From: a virus
Lineage: Duplodnaviria; Caudoviricetes
Length of the DNA stretch: 32,855 bases
Reading direction: 5' to 3' (one strand)
IMG/VR virus record: IMGVR_UViG_3300020543_000019
Span: 1 to 32,855 of that record
Of the stretch, positions 8,155 to 17,415 are shown one piece after another (within the stretch, counting starts at the first letter, position 1; each line of letters starts with the position of its first letter). The position numbers were made by a program, and so were the translations under genes. Under the pieces are notes generated by a model. It saw only the letters and a program-made list of their open reading frames with translations. It searched no databases and was not told where the DNA came from.

Positions 8155-8729
8155 TACACAGTTACCTCTTCTGAAAATAGTCCCGATGATATAAGTACTG
8201 CCCCACAATAAGGGTTACCAAAAATAAGTGGAACACTTCCACCTTGGTTTCTTACTATAGGTGCGCTATTAAATAAGTTAGATTCTTGTTGTTGTGATGA
8301 AGGGTCTTTACCAAATTCTGGTGTTGGCGAAATAGCTGACATAATAGCTGAAACTGCCATACTAACTGCGATTAAAACTACAAGAGTTACAGCATAAGCA
8401 ATAGCGGTTGCAGCTGCTCCAGTAGCTCCTAAAGCAGCTGCCGCAGATACTCCTAGAGATATAGGTTCTTCCCCTTCAATTTCTTTTATAATATATAAAT
8501 CAGTAAAACCTTCAAAACTAGAAAAGATAACTTCTGGGGTTAAAGCTATCATATTTTCATAATCTTTTTCATTAGCTAAAATAAACTTATGCTCTTCTTT
8601 AATTAAACTAGATACAAACTCTTCTCCCTTTTGCAGCTGCATAAGAGATAGAACTTCTTTTAAAGAATCAGCATGAAACTCAAAACTTTCAGTATCAGCT
8701 CCAATAACAATAACTTTAATCTTTGACAT
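8154..8729 (-). CDS. Tail assembly protein (lambda gpI-like)
   Basis: Lies between K and J; Ala/Gly hydrophobic middle; SNLF...QGGSVPLIFG C-terminal motif. Confidence 0.85.
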   Translation of the reverse strand: MSKIKVIVIGADTESFEFHADSLKEVLSLMQLQKGEEFVSSLIKEEHKFILANEKDYENMIALTPEVIFSSFEGFTDLYIIKEIEGEEPISLGVSAAAALGATGAAATAIAYAVTLVVLIAVSMAVSAIMSAISPTPEFGKDPSSQQQESNLFNSAPIVRNQGGSVPLIFGNPYCGAVLISSGLFSEEVTV

Positions 8730-9447
8730 ATCTAAGTACCTTTTTAATTCTTCCTATATAAGTTTCAAAGGGAACACTAACACTGACAAGACCTTGATGA
8801 AGTATTTGCCCTTTAGTATAAATCCCTAAGTGATTACTTTGGAAACCTCCATTATCTAAAAGAACTAAGTCATTTTCTTTTAATTCCTCATAAGGAACTT
8901 CAATAAAACCGTATTCTTCTATATAAATATCAAAGATTCCATCAAAAACTCTTAATTTATCATAGTCTGGTGTTATTTTAGCTTCTGGAAGGTCAATACC
9001 TAACTCAAACCAATAGAAATCTTGAACTAAGTTATAACAGTCGTTTAGAAACCATTGAAACCTTCTACCAATATAAACATTTGACCTAACTCTTGGAAAT
9101 TGAATAGGGTCACTTACACTCATACCCTCACATCCAACAATAAGCCAAGGTTTTGCAGTTTTCTTTTGACCTACATAGTCAGCATAACTTGGAGTTCTTA
9201 AATCAAATAGTTCAGCTTTTCTAGTTTCTCTTGTATGAGAGTGAACAATAGCTAAAGTTTCTTTATACCATTTTATATAATCAACTGAATCAATCTTGAA
9301 AGACTCTTGAGGTCTATCTGAGATGTTAGTAACTGGGATAAAATCCTCAGCTGTTAAGAAGCCACACATTTCATTAGGATAAGCTTGTAGAGTAGCATCT
9401 TCTATCTGCTGCAACTGCAGCTCGCTAAGTATAATCTTATCTGACAT
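8716..9447 (-). CDS. Tail tip assembly protein (lambda gpK-like; JAB/MPN plus NlpC/P60)
   Basis: EMCG...HSH...PSYAD JAB motif; DCYNLV...HLGIY...ILHQ NlpC/P60 motifs; ATG at 9447. Confidence 0.92.
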   Translation of the reverse strand: MSDKIILSELQLQQIEDATLQAYPNEMCGFLTAEDFIPVTNISDRPQESFKIDSVDYIKWYKETLAIVHSHTRETRKAELFDLRTPSYADYVGQKKTAKPWLIVGCEGMSVSDPIQFPRVRSNVYIGRRFQWFLNDCYNLVQDFYWFELGIDLPEAKITPDYDKLRVFDGIFDIYIEEYGFIEVPYEELKENDLVLLDNGGFQSNHLGIYTKGQILHQGLVSVSVPFETYIGRIKKVLRYVKD

Positions 9448-9973
9448 ATTTATTAATCCCAAGTCCAGGAAAATCCTTCTTTAACATCTGCCTTTTAGGT
9501 AACATAGCTCTTTCTTTATCTCTAAAATCTCTAAGCTCAAAGGATAAAAGGTTTTTATTATGACTAAGTTTCTTAGCTATAAAGTATTTTAAAGGTGGTA
9601 ATGAAATTTTATTAGCTGTATTTAGGTAAGGGGCAAAAGTTCTAGTGTAAATTATAGTAGTTCCTATAATATCACCGTACTTAAAGACAAAATCACCTAT
9701 AGATTTATCTATATTAGCTATAGTAAGCTGAGGTCTAGGAGGTGCGCCTTCTGAACTTAAAGATAAGCCAGATAACTGAATAGGAAATGGGTAATAAGTA
9801 TTTCCACCAAACATTACATTATGTAAGTTAGAAAGGTCAGTTCCGTCCGTCATAGGAGTAAATCTTAGAATGCTATTTACAAGACTAGCTTCGTTAGTAG
9901 AAGATAAATCAATATCAAATAGCTCAATGAAAGCTGGGACTTCATTCTTTAAAACATCTTGAGCTATTGTCAT
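9437..9973 (-). CDS. Minor tail protein (lambda gpL-like), short and cysteine-free
   Basis: IELFDID, YYPFPIQLSG, GAPPRPQLTIAN and LPKRQ motifs; lies between M and K. Confidence 0.88.
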   Translation of the reverse strand: MTIAQDVLKNEVPAFIELFDIDLSSTNEASLVNSILRFTPMTDGTDLSNLHNVMFGGNTYYPFPIQLSGLSLSSEGAPPRPQLTIANIDKSIGDFVFKYGDIIGTTIIYTRTFAPYLNTANKISLPPLKYFIAKKLSHNKNLLSFELRDFRDKERAMLPKRQMLKKDFPGLGINKYVR

Positions 9974-10320
9974 ACGTCAAATACCTGTCTTATAGTGCAA
10001 GTTACATTATAGAAAGTTCCTTCACGGGTACGAGTAATGTCTCCAGAGATTCTAAACTTCTTCTGTACAGTTTCGTCACAAGGAGTCCAAGTAATAATAC
10101 CCCAAGTTCCTACTGACTTTAAAGCAGCTATGACAGTTTGAAATTCAGCTGTAGTTAAAGCTCCCCAAACAATATCCCAAGTGTCCATTGTATTGTTTAA
10201 ACCGTTAGGAGCTATTTGCTCATAACCATCCCCAAACTTAGCTGAGATTTGACTAAATCCCACCTTTAAAGAACTATCTAAGGTTATTTTATTAACCACT
10301 GGCATAGCTACTGTAGTCAT
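9970..10320 (-). CDS. Minor tail / distal tail protein (lambda gpM-like)
   Basis: AKFGDGYEQIAPNGLN, WTP and terminal QVF motifs. Confidence 0.92.
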   Translation of the reverse strand: MTTVAMPVVNKITLDSSLKVGFSQISAKFGDGYEQIAPNGLNNTMDTWDIVWGALTTAEFQTVIAALKSVGTWGIITWTPCDETVQKKFRISGDITRTREGTFYNVTCTIRQVFDV

Positions 10321-10324
10321 TACC

Positions 10325-13300
10325 CTATCCGTATTTAGTTACTTGGTTAAGTCTATTTCCAGGTCTAGCTGCAGAGTTAATCTCTTGTCTAGCTATAGCT
10401 CTTACAATAGCTTCAGAAGCTTTATTAGCTATAGAATCTGGAGACGCATTTGACCCAGCATTAACTGTAGTGTTGACATAGTATATATTACTGCCGCCTT
10501 GCTGTCCAGTATTATCTACACTAACGCCTAGTTTTCCTTGAGAATTTCTTTTTAAAGGTAGAATAGCTTCTGGACCTGCTTCACCCATTAAACCAACACC
10601 TTTTGCAAAGGGAAATAATGTAGGAGAATTAACCATTGTGCCAGAGTGTGCTGAGATTCCAGCTCCAGAGAAAACTCCACCATTAGCTACTTTAGCTGTC
10701 ATCCAATTACTGCCTTGCATAGTTTGGGTAAAACTTGTAGAATTACCTGCGGCAACACTAGGACCAGAACTGAACAGACCTCCTAAAGCATTAAAGGCTG
10801 CTCCAATAATAGGTCTTAAAATAGCACTTCTAGCTTCTTGCGCAATAATCTTAGCAATATCTGAAACAATACTAGCTGCAAAACTCTTGAAAGCTTGTTG
10901 CGCATTCATAGTTCCAGTAATTAAACCTTGGAAAGAACTTTCAAAAGCACTACCTAAAGATTGCTCTATAAACTGCCCAGTAGCATCTGCAGTTAGTTTT
11001 AAACTTTCAAGTTTTTGTTTAGCTATATCGTATTTGTCCTGGGCAGCTGGTCTAGCTTCCTCTCTAGCTAAATCTAAAGCTTCTTTAGCTAAAGCTACAT
11101 CTTTCTCTCTTATAGCTAGAAGTTTTTGGTTAGCTTCAGTTTTAGCCATAGCCGCTGACAAGTCATTTAACTGACCAGCTGATTGTAACTCATTAATCCG
11201 ACTTATAGCGTCAGCATGAATCTTTTCCGCAGTAGCTGTTTCTCTATCATAGATAGCCATCTTAGATTTAAGATTTTTAGCTTCATTCAGAATAACTAAT
11301 TCTTCTTTAAGTCTAGCCGCTTTAGCTCCAGCTTCTCCACCTTCTCTAATCTCAGCTTCAAGTTGACGGTTTAGAAGTTCAACTTTAACTTTAGTAATCT
11401 CTACAGAATCTCTTTCAATACCTAGAATGTCTTGGTATTGTTGATGAATACTAGCTAAGTTAGTTTCATACTCATTCATACTAGTAGCTGTTTCATCTTT
11501 AGCTACTTTAGATTTAGATTGATAATCTTGCTCAAGACGTTTAAGTTGCTCTTCGGCTTGAGTTACTAGACCTTTTTTACCAGACTGTTGAGCTAGCTCT
11601 CTTTGTTTTTCGTACCAATCTTTTTCAGTATTATAGTCTTTATCAAGGATAGCTTGTTTACGTCTTAGGTAATCCTCAAAAGATAAAACTTTACGGTCAT
11701 TTTCAGAGTTAAGTTCGTTAATTTTGTTCTCAGCGTCATTAGCAGCTGTTCTTTCAAATTGTCTTACTTGACTAATCTCTTCTTTGATACCAGCAAGTCT
11801 TTTAGAGGAAGCTCTATTTTGTTCAGCTTCTAGTCTATCATTATACTGTTTAATAGCTTTTTCTGTAATTCTGGATTCAGTTTCTCTAGCTGTAGCTATA
11901 GAGCGAGAACTTTCCTCAGCTTCAGCTTTAGCTTTTTCAATAGCATCAGACTTTACACTTCCAGTAGGTTTCTTAAGTAACTCTGTATATCTATCTATAG
12001 TAGCTTTATCTTGCTCTAACTGAGTTTTAGTCTGCTCTCTGAAAGTTTTCAAAGCGTTAGCAACAGCTTCTTGTTGAGTTTTTGGAATCTTATCAGCAAG
12101 AGTTACCATTTTTTCTTGAAAGTCTTTCTCACTTTGAATTCTGTCTTGATGAACTTTATCAGCAGCATCCTTATCTTGCTGTAATAACTTCTGCGTAACT
12201 TTATTTCTGACAGTCTGAGCTTCTTCCTTAACAGCTGTAATAGCAGCTTCGTCTTGGTTTATCTTATCCCATTCTGCTTTAGTTAAAGCTTGACCTCTAT
12301 CTCTTTTAATTTGCTCTGGGGTATCTTTCATCTTAGCTTGCATAGCTGTAAGCTTATTATTAATATCCCCCAAAGTTTTATCTTCTTCTACTCTAATTTT
12401 AAGAAGTTCTGCTTCGGATTTTAATTTAGAAGTATCAGTGCCTAATTCTTTTTCTCCTATAACTAAAGCTTCTTTATAAAGAGCATTAAAATCTCTTCTA
12501 GCATTCTTAATCTTTTCAAACTCATTGTAAGTAGCAGAAATAGTTTCTCCTAAAGTTACAAAGAAAGTAATAACTGCAGCTGCTTCAGCATTAGACCACA
12601 TCATAGCTACTTTAGTTGCTTTAGCTTGAGTTTCCATAGCTGCATAGGCTAAAATCAGTTTAGCTATATGCCCCGCTACTAAACTTAAAGCAGCTACAAC
12701 TACAGTTTGTAAAGTACTTGCAAGGTTATCGCCTGTACTTACAAATAAAGTCATGCTTTTTACAGTTTCAGTTACACTTTTTACAAAGCTATTCATTGCA
12801 GGAGCAGTTTTCTCGTAGATAGCTTCTTGCAAATGCACAAAACTTGTTTGCATTCTGCCTGTATTAGCGTTTAAGTTATCTATAGAAGCATTGAAAGCTG
12901 GGGTAAACTTAGTTGCCATATACTGTATGAAATTCTCCATAGTATCTTTAGCAAATACCGTACCTGCTTTCATCTGTTTAGCTAATTCTTGAGGAGCAAT
13001 ATTCATAGAAGCTGCAAAACTAGCAAATGCGCCTGGGAGTAAGTTACCTAATTGCTTAACTAACTCTTCAGACTGTACTTTAGATTTATTAAAAATCTGA
13101 GACATAGCTAAGAATACATGGTTTGCTTTATCGGCACTAAGATGCAAACCTGTAATTACTGTATTTAAGTTAGTAAACATTCTCCATGTAGAATCTAAAC
13201 TAACTCCAGAAAGAGACGTAGATGCTTGGAAGCCTTTAAAGTTGTCTCTTAAAATTCCAATATTAATACCAGTCCGTTCAGCTTCAGAATCTAAAGCTTT

Positions 13301-14380
13301 TAGGGCTGAGTTCATTGCGGCAGTACTACCCATAGTAGATTCTAAAGATGCTTTAACAGAATCTAACTCAATACCTACTCTAGGAATACCTCTTAAACTT
13401 TCAGTTACAGTATTAATAGCTGTATTCCAAAGTCTATACTCTATATTAATCGCACCAATACGAGCAAATAGACTGTCATAAGAATTTCTAACATCTTCTG
13501 GAACTCTAGGAATAGGAGACAATCTTGCGGTAGGTGTAGGCGCAAAAGCTTCAGTAGCTGAAGTCCGCATTCCTCTAAGCTGATTCTGTCTTTGTCTTTC
13601 GTTAAAGTCAGTTTCATTAGCTAAAAGTTGTCTATTAGTTGCAGCTTGTCTTTCAAGTCTTTGTCTAGCAGCAGTTTCTTCAAGTCTAGCTCTTTCAGCT
13701 TCTCTAACTCTAGTTTGTTGCAAACCACGTTCTACTAAGTTAAACTCTTCTTGTTGGAGTTTAGCTCTTTCAGTCATATCCTCTCTAAGACTTCTTAGTA
13801 GTTTCTTACGGTCAGAGGATTCTGCAGACGTAATATCTCCTATAGCAGTCCCTAGTCTTTGTTTACTAGCTGCATTTAGAATTGCATTACGTTCTTCAAT
13901 AGTTTTTCTTAAAGAGTCAAGAGTTATTTTTCTAGTTTTATCAGCTAAATCTTCTTCTGCTTTTATACGTTGAGCTGCATATTTACCTTGCGAGTCAGCT
14001 TGTAATTTAAGTTCTTCCTCAGACAGCATTTTAGTAGCTGAAGTTCTTAAACTTTTACCTATATCTGGTGTATTTGTTTTAATTGCAGCTAATAGACTAC
14101 TTACTTTAGATAATTCATTACCAAATTCTTCTACGACTTTAGCAGAGAAATTCTCTTTAAGTTTAGAAGAAGCTATTGAGCTATTAATAGCTTCTAACTG
14201 TTTAGCCTGTTGTAAAAGTAATTTACCTTTAACTTCTTCTAAGGCATTAGACTGTAGTTGTAGATTAGAAAGAGAAGTAGTATCTTTTTCTAAATCTTTA
14301 AGAGCATTTTTAACTACGTCAATACCTTTTGTATCAGCAGTAAGTTTAAGGGTTAATGTCTTGGTTGTCTGGTCTGCCAT
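10325..14380 (-). CDS. Tail tape measure protein, about 1351 aa
   Basis: Long helical A/E/K/Q-rich protein; SQIFNKSKVQSEELVKQLGN tape-measure motif; GLMGEAGPEAILPL C-terminal motif; ATG at 14380. Confidence 0.95.
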   Translation of the reverse strand: MADQTTKTLTLKLTADTKGIDVVKNALKDLEKDTTSLSNLQLQSNALEEVKGKLLLQQAKQLEAINSSIASSKLKENFSAKVVEEFGNELSKVSSLLAAIKTNTPDIGKSLRTSATKMLSEEELKLQADSQGKYAAQRIKAEEDLADKTRKITLDSLRKTIEERNAILNAASKQRLGTAIGDITSAESSDRKKLLRSLREDMTERAKLQQEEFNLVERGLQQTRVREAERARLEETAARQRLERQAATNRQLLANETDFNERQRQNQLRGMRTSATEAFAPTPTARLSPIPRVPEDVRNSYDSLFARIGAINIEYRLWNTAINTVTESLRGIPRVGIELDSVKASLESTMGSTAAMNSALKALDSEAERTGINIGILRDNFKGFQASTSLSGVSLDSTWRMFTNLNTVITGLHLSADKANHVFLAMSQIFNKSKVQSEELVKQLGNLLPGAFASFAASMNIAPQELAKQMKAGTVFAKDTMENFIQYMATKFTPAFNASIDNLNANTGRMQTSFVHLQEAIYEKTAPAMNSFVKSVTETVKSMTLFVSTGDNLASTLQTVVVAALSLVAGHIAKLILAYAAMETQAKATKVAMMWSNAEAAAVITFFVTLGETISATYNEFEKIKNARRDFNALYKEALVIGEKELGTDTSKLKSEAELLKIRVEEDKTLGDINNKLTAMQAKMKDTPEQIKRDRGQALTKAEWDKINQDEAAITAVKEEAQTVRNKVTQKLLQQDKDAADKVHQDRIQSEKDFQEKMVTLADKIPKTQQEAVANALKTFREQTKTQLEQDKATIDRYTELLKKPTGSVKSDAIEKAKAEAEESSRSIATARETESRITEKAIKQYNDRLEAEQNRASSKRLAGIKEEISQVRQFERTAANDAENKINELNSENDRKVLSFEDYLRRKQAILDKDYNTEKDWYEKQRELAQQSGKKGLVTQAEEQLKRLEQDYQSKSKVAKDETATSMNEYETNLASIHQQYQDILGIERDSVEITKVKVELLNRQLEAEIREGGEAGAKAARLKEELVILNEAKNLKSKMAIYDRETATAEKIHADAISRINELQSAGQLNDLSAAMAKTEANQKLLAIREKDVALAKEALDLAREEARPAAQDKYDIAKQKLESLKLTADATGQFIEQSLGSAFESSFQGLITGTMNAQQAFKSFAASIVSDIAKIIAQEARSAILRPIIGAAFNALGGLFSSGPSVAAGNSTSFTQTMQGSNWMTAKVANGGVFSGAGISAHSGTMVNSPTLFPFAKGVGLMGEAGPEAILPLKRNSQGKLGVSVDNTGQQGGSNIYYVNTTVNAGSNASPDSIANKASEAIVRAIARQEINSAARPGNRLNQVTKYG

Positions 14381-14747
14381 TATCTTCTGCCTTATCAACA
14401 ATAATATCTAAATACCCAGAATGGATATAGGGAATCAACTGTAAAGTTCTCTCTACAGGCATACATTTATCTTTAACTAAAGCTAAAAGAACTACTGTAT
14501 CTATTGCATAGTACTCAGAAAGATAGTTAGTAAGAGTTCTATAAACAGTAACTATCTCCTCTAAGCTTTCCCAGAGGTAGAAGTAAACTTCTTCATCTTC
14601 CTCTATTTCACTAGATTCTTCAAAAGCGAGAGATTGAAAAGCAGCTTTAAAGTCATCCTCAACTTTTTTAGCTTTAGCTAGTTTGTGAGATTGTGAACTC
14701 TCTAAAGCTGCTCTTCCTAGAAACTCTCCCGCTTCTATTAGTTTTTT
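14346..14747 (-). CDS. -1 frameshift extension of the tail assembly chaperone (gpGT, DUF1799-like); absent from the ORF track
   Basis: Slippery A-AAA-AAC at 14741-14747 directly before the G stop; the -1 frame is open for 131 codons (LIEAGEFLGRAAL...YLWESLEEIVTVY...DINP*). Confidence 0.85.
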   Translation of the reverse strand, partial: KKLIEAGEFLGRAALESSQSHKLAKAKKVEDDFKAAFQSLAFEESSEIEEDEEVYFYLWESLEEIVTVYRTLTNYLSEYYAIDTVVLLALVKDKCMPVERTLQLIPYIHSGYLDIIVDKAEDNGRPDNQDINP

Positions 14748-15181
14748 AGTTCAGCTTCCTTATAGGATACATTAACTAGTGCATCTCTATAAGCTTCAAA
14801 AAGGGAGTTCTTCCAAGGATTAGAACCCATATAATGCTCTAGGAGGACGACTAAAGCTTCAGCTGGGGTTTGGAAGAACTCATTTGGTTCAACTGTTCTT
14901 GTATCGGCAACTACTAAGTCCTCTAAGTACTCGCCTTTTTCGTCATAGATTTCAAGAACAGCATTTTTAATGTAGATAACTTCTTTAGAGATAAAGTTGA
15001 AATCAGCATTAGTATCTGTGGCAGAGTCTGGAGTTTGTTCTTTAAATTTTGCTTCCAGCTGCGAAAGGTCATATCGTTTGAACCCTACAAGAATCTCGCT
15101 AGTTGCGCTTGAAGCATCAGTAGCTTTTACTTTAAGTTCGATACTCGGAGTTTGAAGTTTTACAAATAGTTTTTTAGCCAT
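14738..15181 (-). CDS. Tail assembly chaperone (gpG equivalent)
   Basis: Lies between tail tube and tape measure; ends in ELKN on the slippery site; GAGGA RBS. Confidence 0.85.
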   Translation of the reverse strand: MAKKLFVKLQTPSIELKVKATDASSATSEILVGFKRYDLSQLEAKFKEQTPDSATDTNADFNFISKEVIYIKNAVLEIYDEKGEYLEDLVVADTRTVEPNEFFQTPAEALVVLLEHYMGSNPWKNSLFEAYRDALVNVSYKEAELKN

Positions 15182-15207
15182 TTTAGTGTTGTCCTCTAAA
15201 GTTATAT

Positions 15208-15236
15208 AAAAAGAGGAGGAGCTTTCACCCCTCCTT
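15208..15236 (-). terminator. Intrinsic terminator after the tail tube gene
   Basis: GGAGGGGU-GAAA-GCUCCUCC stem with GNRA loop, followed by UCUUUUU. Confidence 0.85.
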
Positions 15237-15252
15237 TGAAGCGCACAAAATC

Positions 15253-16518
15253 TTATTGGTAGAAGATAAATGAACTACCAGTATTACGGAAAGTAACATC
15301 ACGACCTAAATAAGTTGCAATTTTACCTTGTTTTGTATTAGCTAATTGTAGTTTATCCCACATATAGGCTACAGTTGAGCCAGAAGTTGAACCACCAAAC
15401 TTCAATACAGCTGAGAAGAAACTACCAGCTTTAGTATCTGGTGAGAATACACCTGCAGCATTAGCTTGGTCTTCTAGCATAGATACTGATACGTCAGTTG
15501 GAGTACCGCCTTTAGCAAAACCAGTATCACAACCCGTCATATATCTTTGGAAGTCATAACCAAAGAAGTTAGCTGCATTCAAGGTTGAGAAGCAGAAACT
15601 TGAAGGAGTTACGTCAGAAGTTTTAACTACTGCAGTGCCTGTAGCAGTACCAGAGGTATTATTACCTTTAACGTAATAAATACCTTTAGTAGTTGTAGTT
15701 GCATAGAAAGTAAAGTCACCATTTAAAGCTGCTGGAGTTAAACCAGAAACTCTAATTCTACGAATCTCACCTAAAGGAATTGAGTGAGCCGCTGAGAATG
15801 TAATAGTTGCTTGAGCATTTACATAAGCAACTGAAGTTACTGTACCTGTAGTAGCTGTAAAAGTATCTGAAGGAGAAATCTCTACAAGTTGAGCAGTTTT
15901 AATTGTAGAATATAATACGGAACTAGCTACTCGTGTAGTCTGAGAGCCAAAGTTAGCAACTTGTTTAGCAACAGGTACAGGGTCATCAGAGTTACCTTTC
16001 AAAGAGAATTTCAAAGAAGGTACTTCCCCTACAGTTGCAGTTACGTCTACAGTTCCGCGCAAATCCCAGAACTTATAAAGTTTGTCATTAGTTGCATCGT
16101 CTGGAGATGATTTTCTAAAGTCAGCTGTACCGTAGTCTGGTGAGTCAGTTGCATTATCTACAAATACTTCTTTAGTAGTTGCATCAACAATAACATTACC
16201 ACCACAAACTTGATAAAGTTTCCACAAACTAGCTGTATTAGGGTTAATAGCAGTAGTCATATCAGAAAGTACTTGTTGGAAAGTATCAATCTGTAAGTCA
16301 ATGTATTTATCTTTTTCGTAAGTGTATTCATCTCTTGAAAGTGAATCACCTAGGTACTGGTAAGAACCTGTATCACGGGTAGGGTCGCCCATAATAGCTG
16401 TACAAGCAATAGCAGTTGTAGAACCTAAAGAACCTGTAGCTACTTTGTTTGCAGTACCAGAGTCAGTTTGTAAACCAAAGTAAATAGCTTGGTTCTTTTC
16501 ATGAAATTTAACAGCCAT
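15253..16518 (-). CDS. Major tail tube protein with an internal inserted beta domain
   Basis: Lies before the chaperones and tape measure; followed by a terminator; RGTVDVTATVGEVPSLKFSLKG tube-like strands. Confidence 0.82.
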   Translation of the reverse strand: MAVKFHEKNQAIYFGLQTDSGTANKVATGSLGSTTAIACTAIMGDPTRDTGSYQYLGDSLSRDEYTYEKDKYIDLQIDTFQQVLSDMTTAINPNTASLWKLYQVCGGNVIVDATTKEVFVDNATDSPDYGTADFRKSSPDDATNDKLYKFWDLRGTVDVTATVGEVPSLKFSLKGNSDDPVPVAKQVANFGSQTTRVASSVLYSTIKTAQLVEISPSDTFTATTGTVTSVAYVNAQATITFSAAHSIPLGEIRRIRVSGLTPAALNGDFTFYATTTTKGIYYVKGNNTSGTATGTAVVKTSDVTPSSFCFSTLNAANFFGYDFQRYMTGCDTGFAKGGTPTDVSVSMLEDQANAAGVFSPDTKAGSFFSAVLKFGGSTSGSTVAYMWDKLQLANTKQGKIATYLGRDVTFRNTGSSFIFYQ

Positions 16519-16522
16519 TTCT

Positions 16523-16681
16523 TTATGCTCCTTCTACGATAGTTTGAGCTTCTTCTGCTACAAGTAACTCTTGAGCAGCTTGTAACTGACCGCAGACACT
16601 ATCTGCAGGAAGTTTATTTGTTTCTTGGAATAAAGAAGTATCTACTACACTTCCATCTTCTTGAATAACACTACTAGCCAT
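16523..16681 (-). CDS. Small acidic hypothetical protein, 52 aa
   Basis: GAGGT RBS before ATG at 16681; fills the gap exactly. Confidence 0.65.
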   Translation of the reverse strand: MASSVIQEDGSVVDTSLFQETNKLPADSVCGQLQAAQELLVAEEAQTIVEGA

Positions 16682-16689
16682 AAATACCT

Positions 16690-17103
16690 CTATAAAATTG
16701 AAGTTGTTGGAAAACCAATTCGCCAAATATCTACCCAATAGAACTTACTATTAGATAAACCCATAACTCCACCTTGGACGTAAGTGAAGCTTGTGTGAAT
16801 ACTATTAGCAACAACTGGATTCCATCCTATAAGCTTTTTATAGATTGCTTTCCAAATTGTACTAAATTCTGCTTGCTGACAAACCAGCTGTATAGTAAAG
16901 TTTTGTACTAAGTTCTCGCCATTAAGGTCATAAGTGTCATAAGCTATTGGCTGATTAGGGTTTTTACTATCTATATTATTATAACCGATGTAGATAATAG
17001 GTAAGTCAGTTAGTTCTTGCAAGTCAACCTCACGGTCACGGGCAAACTGAACTGTATATCCTGTAGTATCTAATCTAGCTTTTAAAGTTTCTAAAGTAAT
17101 CAT
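16690..17103 (-). CDS. Putative tail terminator protein (gpU / Mu gp37-like)
   Basis: Size and position before the tail tube; LP.IY and KLIGWNP motifs. Confidence 0.65.
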   Translation of the reverse strand: MITLETLKARLDTTGYTVQFARDREVDLQELTDLPIIYIGYNNIDSKNPNQPIAYDTYDLNGENLVQNFTIQLVCQQAEFSTIWKAIYKKLIGWNPVVANSIHTSFTYVQGGVMGLSNSKFYWVDIWRIGFPTTSIL

Positions 17104-17414
17104 AGAAGAACCTTTGAGATATAGTCTACATAAAGTTTAGAATAACCTGTAAGGTCTGGGACTGGGGTTTTGGTTAAACTAAATGTATATGTGTAAGTTG
17201 TGTCATCAATAGTGAAAGTGTCATCAACTTGTACACCATTATCCGCTAAGTCTAAAGTAGAAACTTGAAAAGTAAAAGCTTGTTTAGTTATCTCATAGTT
17301 TGAGTCTAGGTTAACTAAAGATTCAGTTTGAAATCCAGGAATTCCATAAATCTCACATTGAGTAAAAGTTAAAAGTACTCCAGCTTTTTCAAGAACCATT
17401 TGTATATCTTCCAT
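17100..17414 (-). CDS. Putative head-tail joining / head closure protein (gpFII-like)
   Basis: 104-aa beta-rich protein with GVQVDDTFTIDD..Y and PDLTG pattern; position. Confidence 0.55.
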   Translation of the reverse strand: MEDIQMVLEKAGVLLTFTQCEIYGIPGFQTESLVNLDSNYEITKQAFTFQVSTLDLADNGVQVDDTFTIDDTTYTYTFSLTKTPVPDLTGYSKLYVDYISKVLL

Positions 17415-17415
17415 T

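Noticed and set aside
10638-13481. Plus-strand ORFs inside the tape measure gene (178, 79, 79 aa)
   Set aside because: Antisense frames kept open by the biased Ala/Lys/Glu codons; no RBS or protein-like features.
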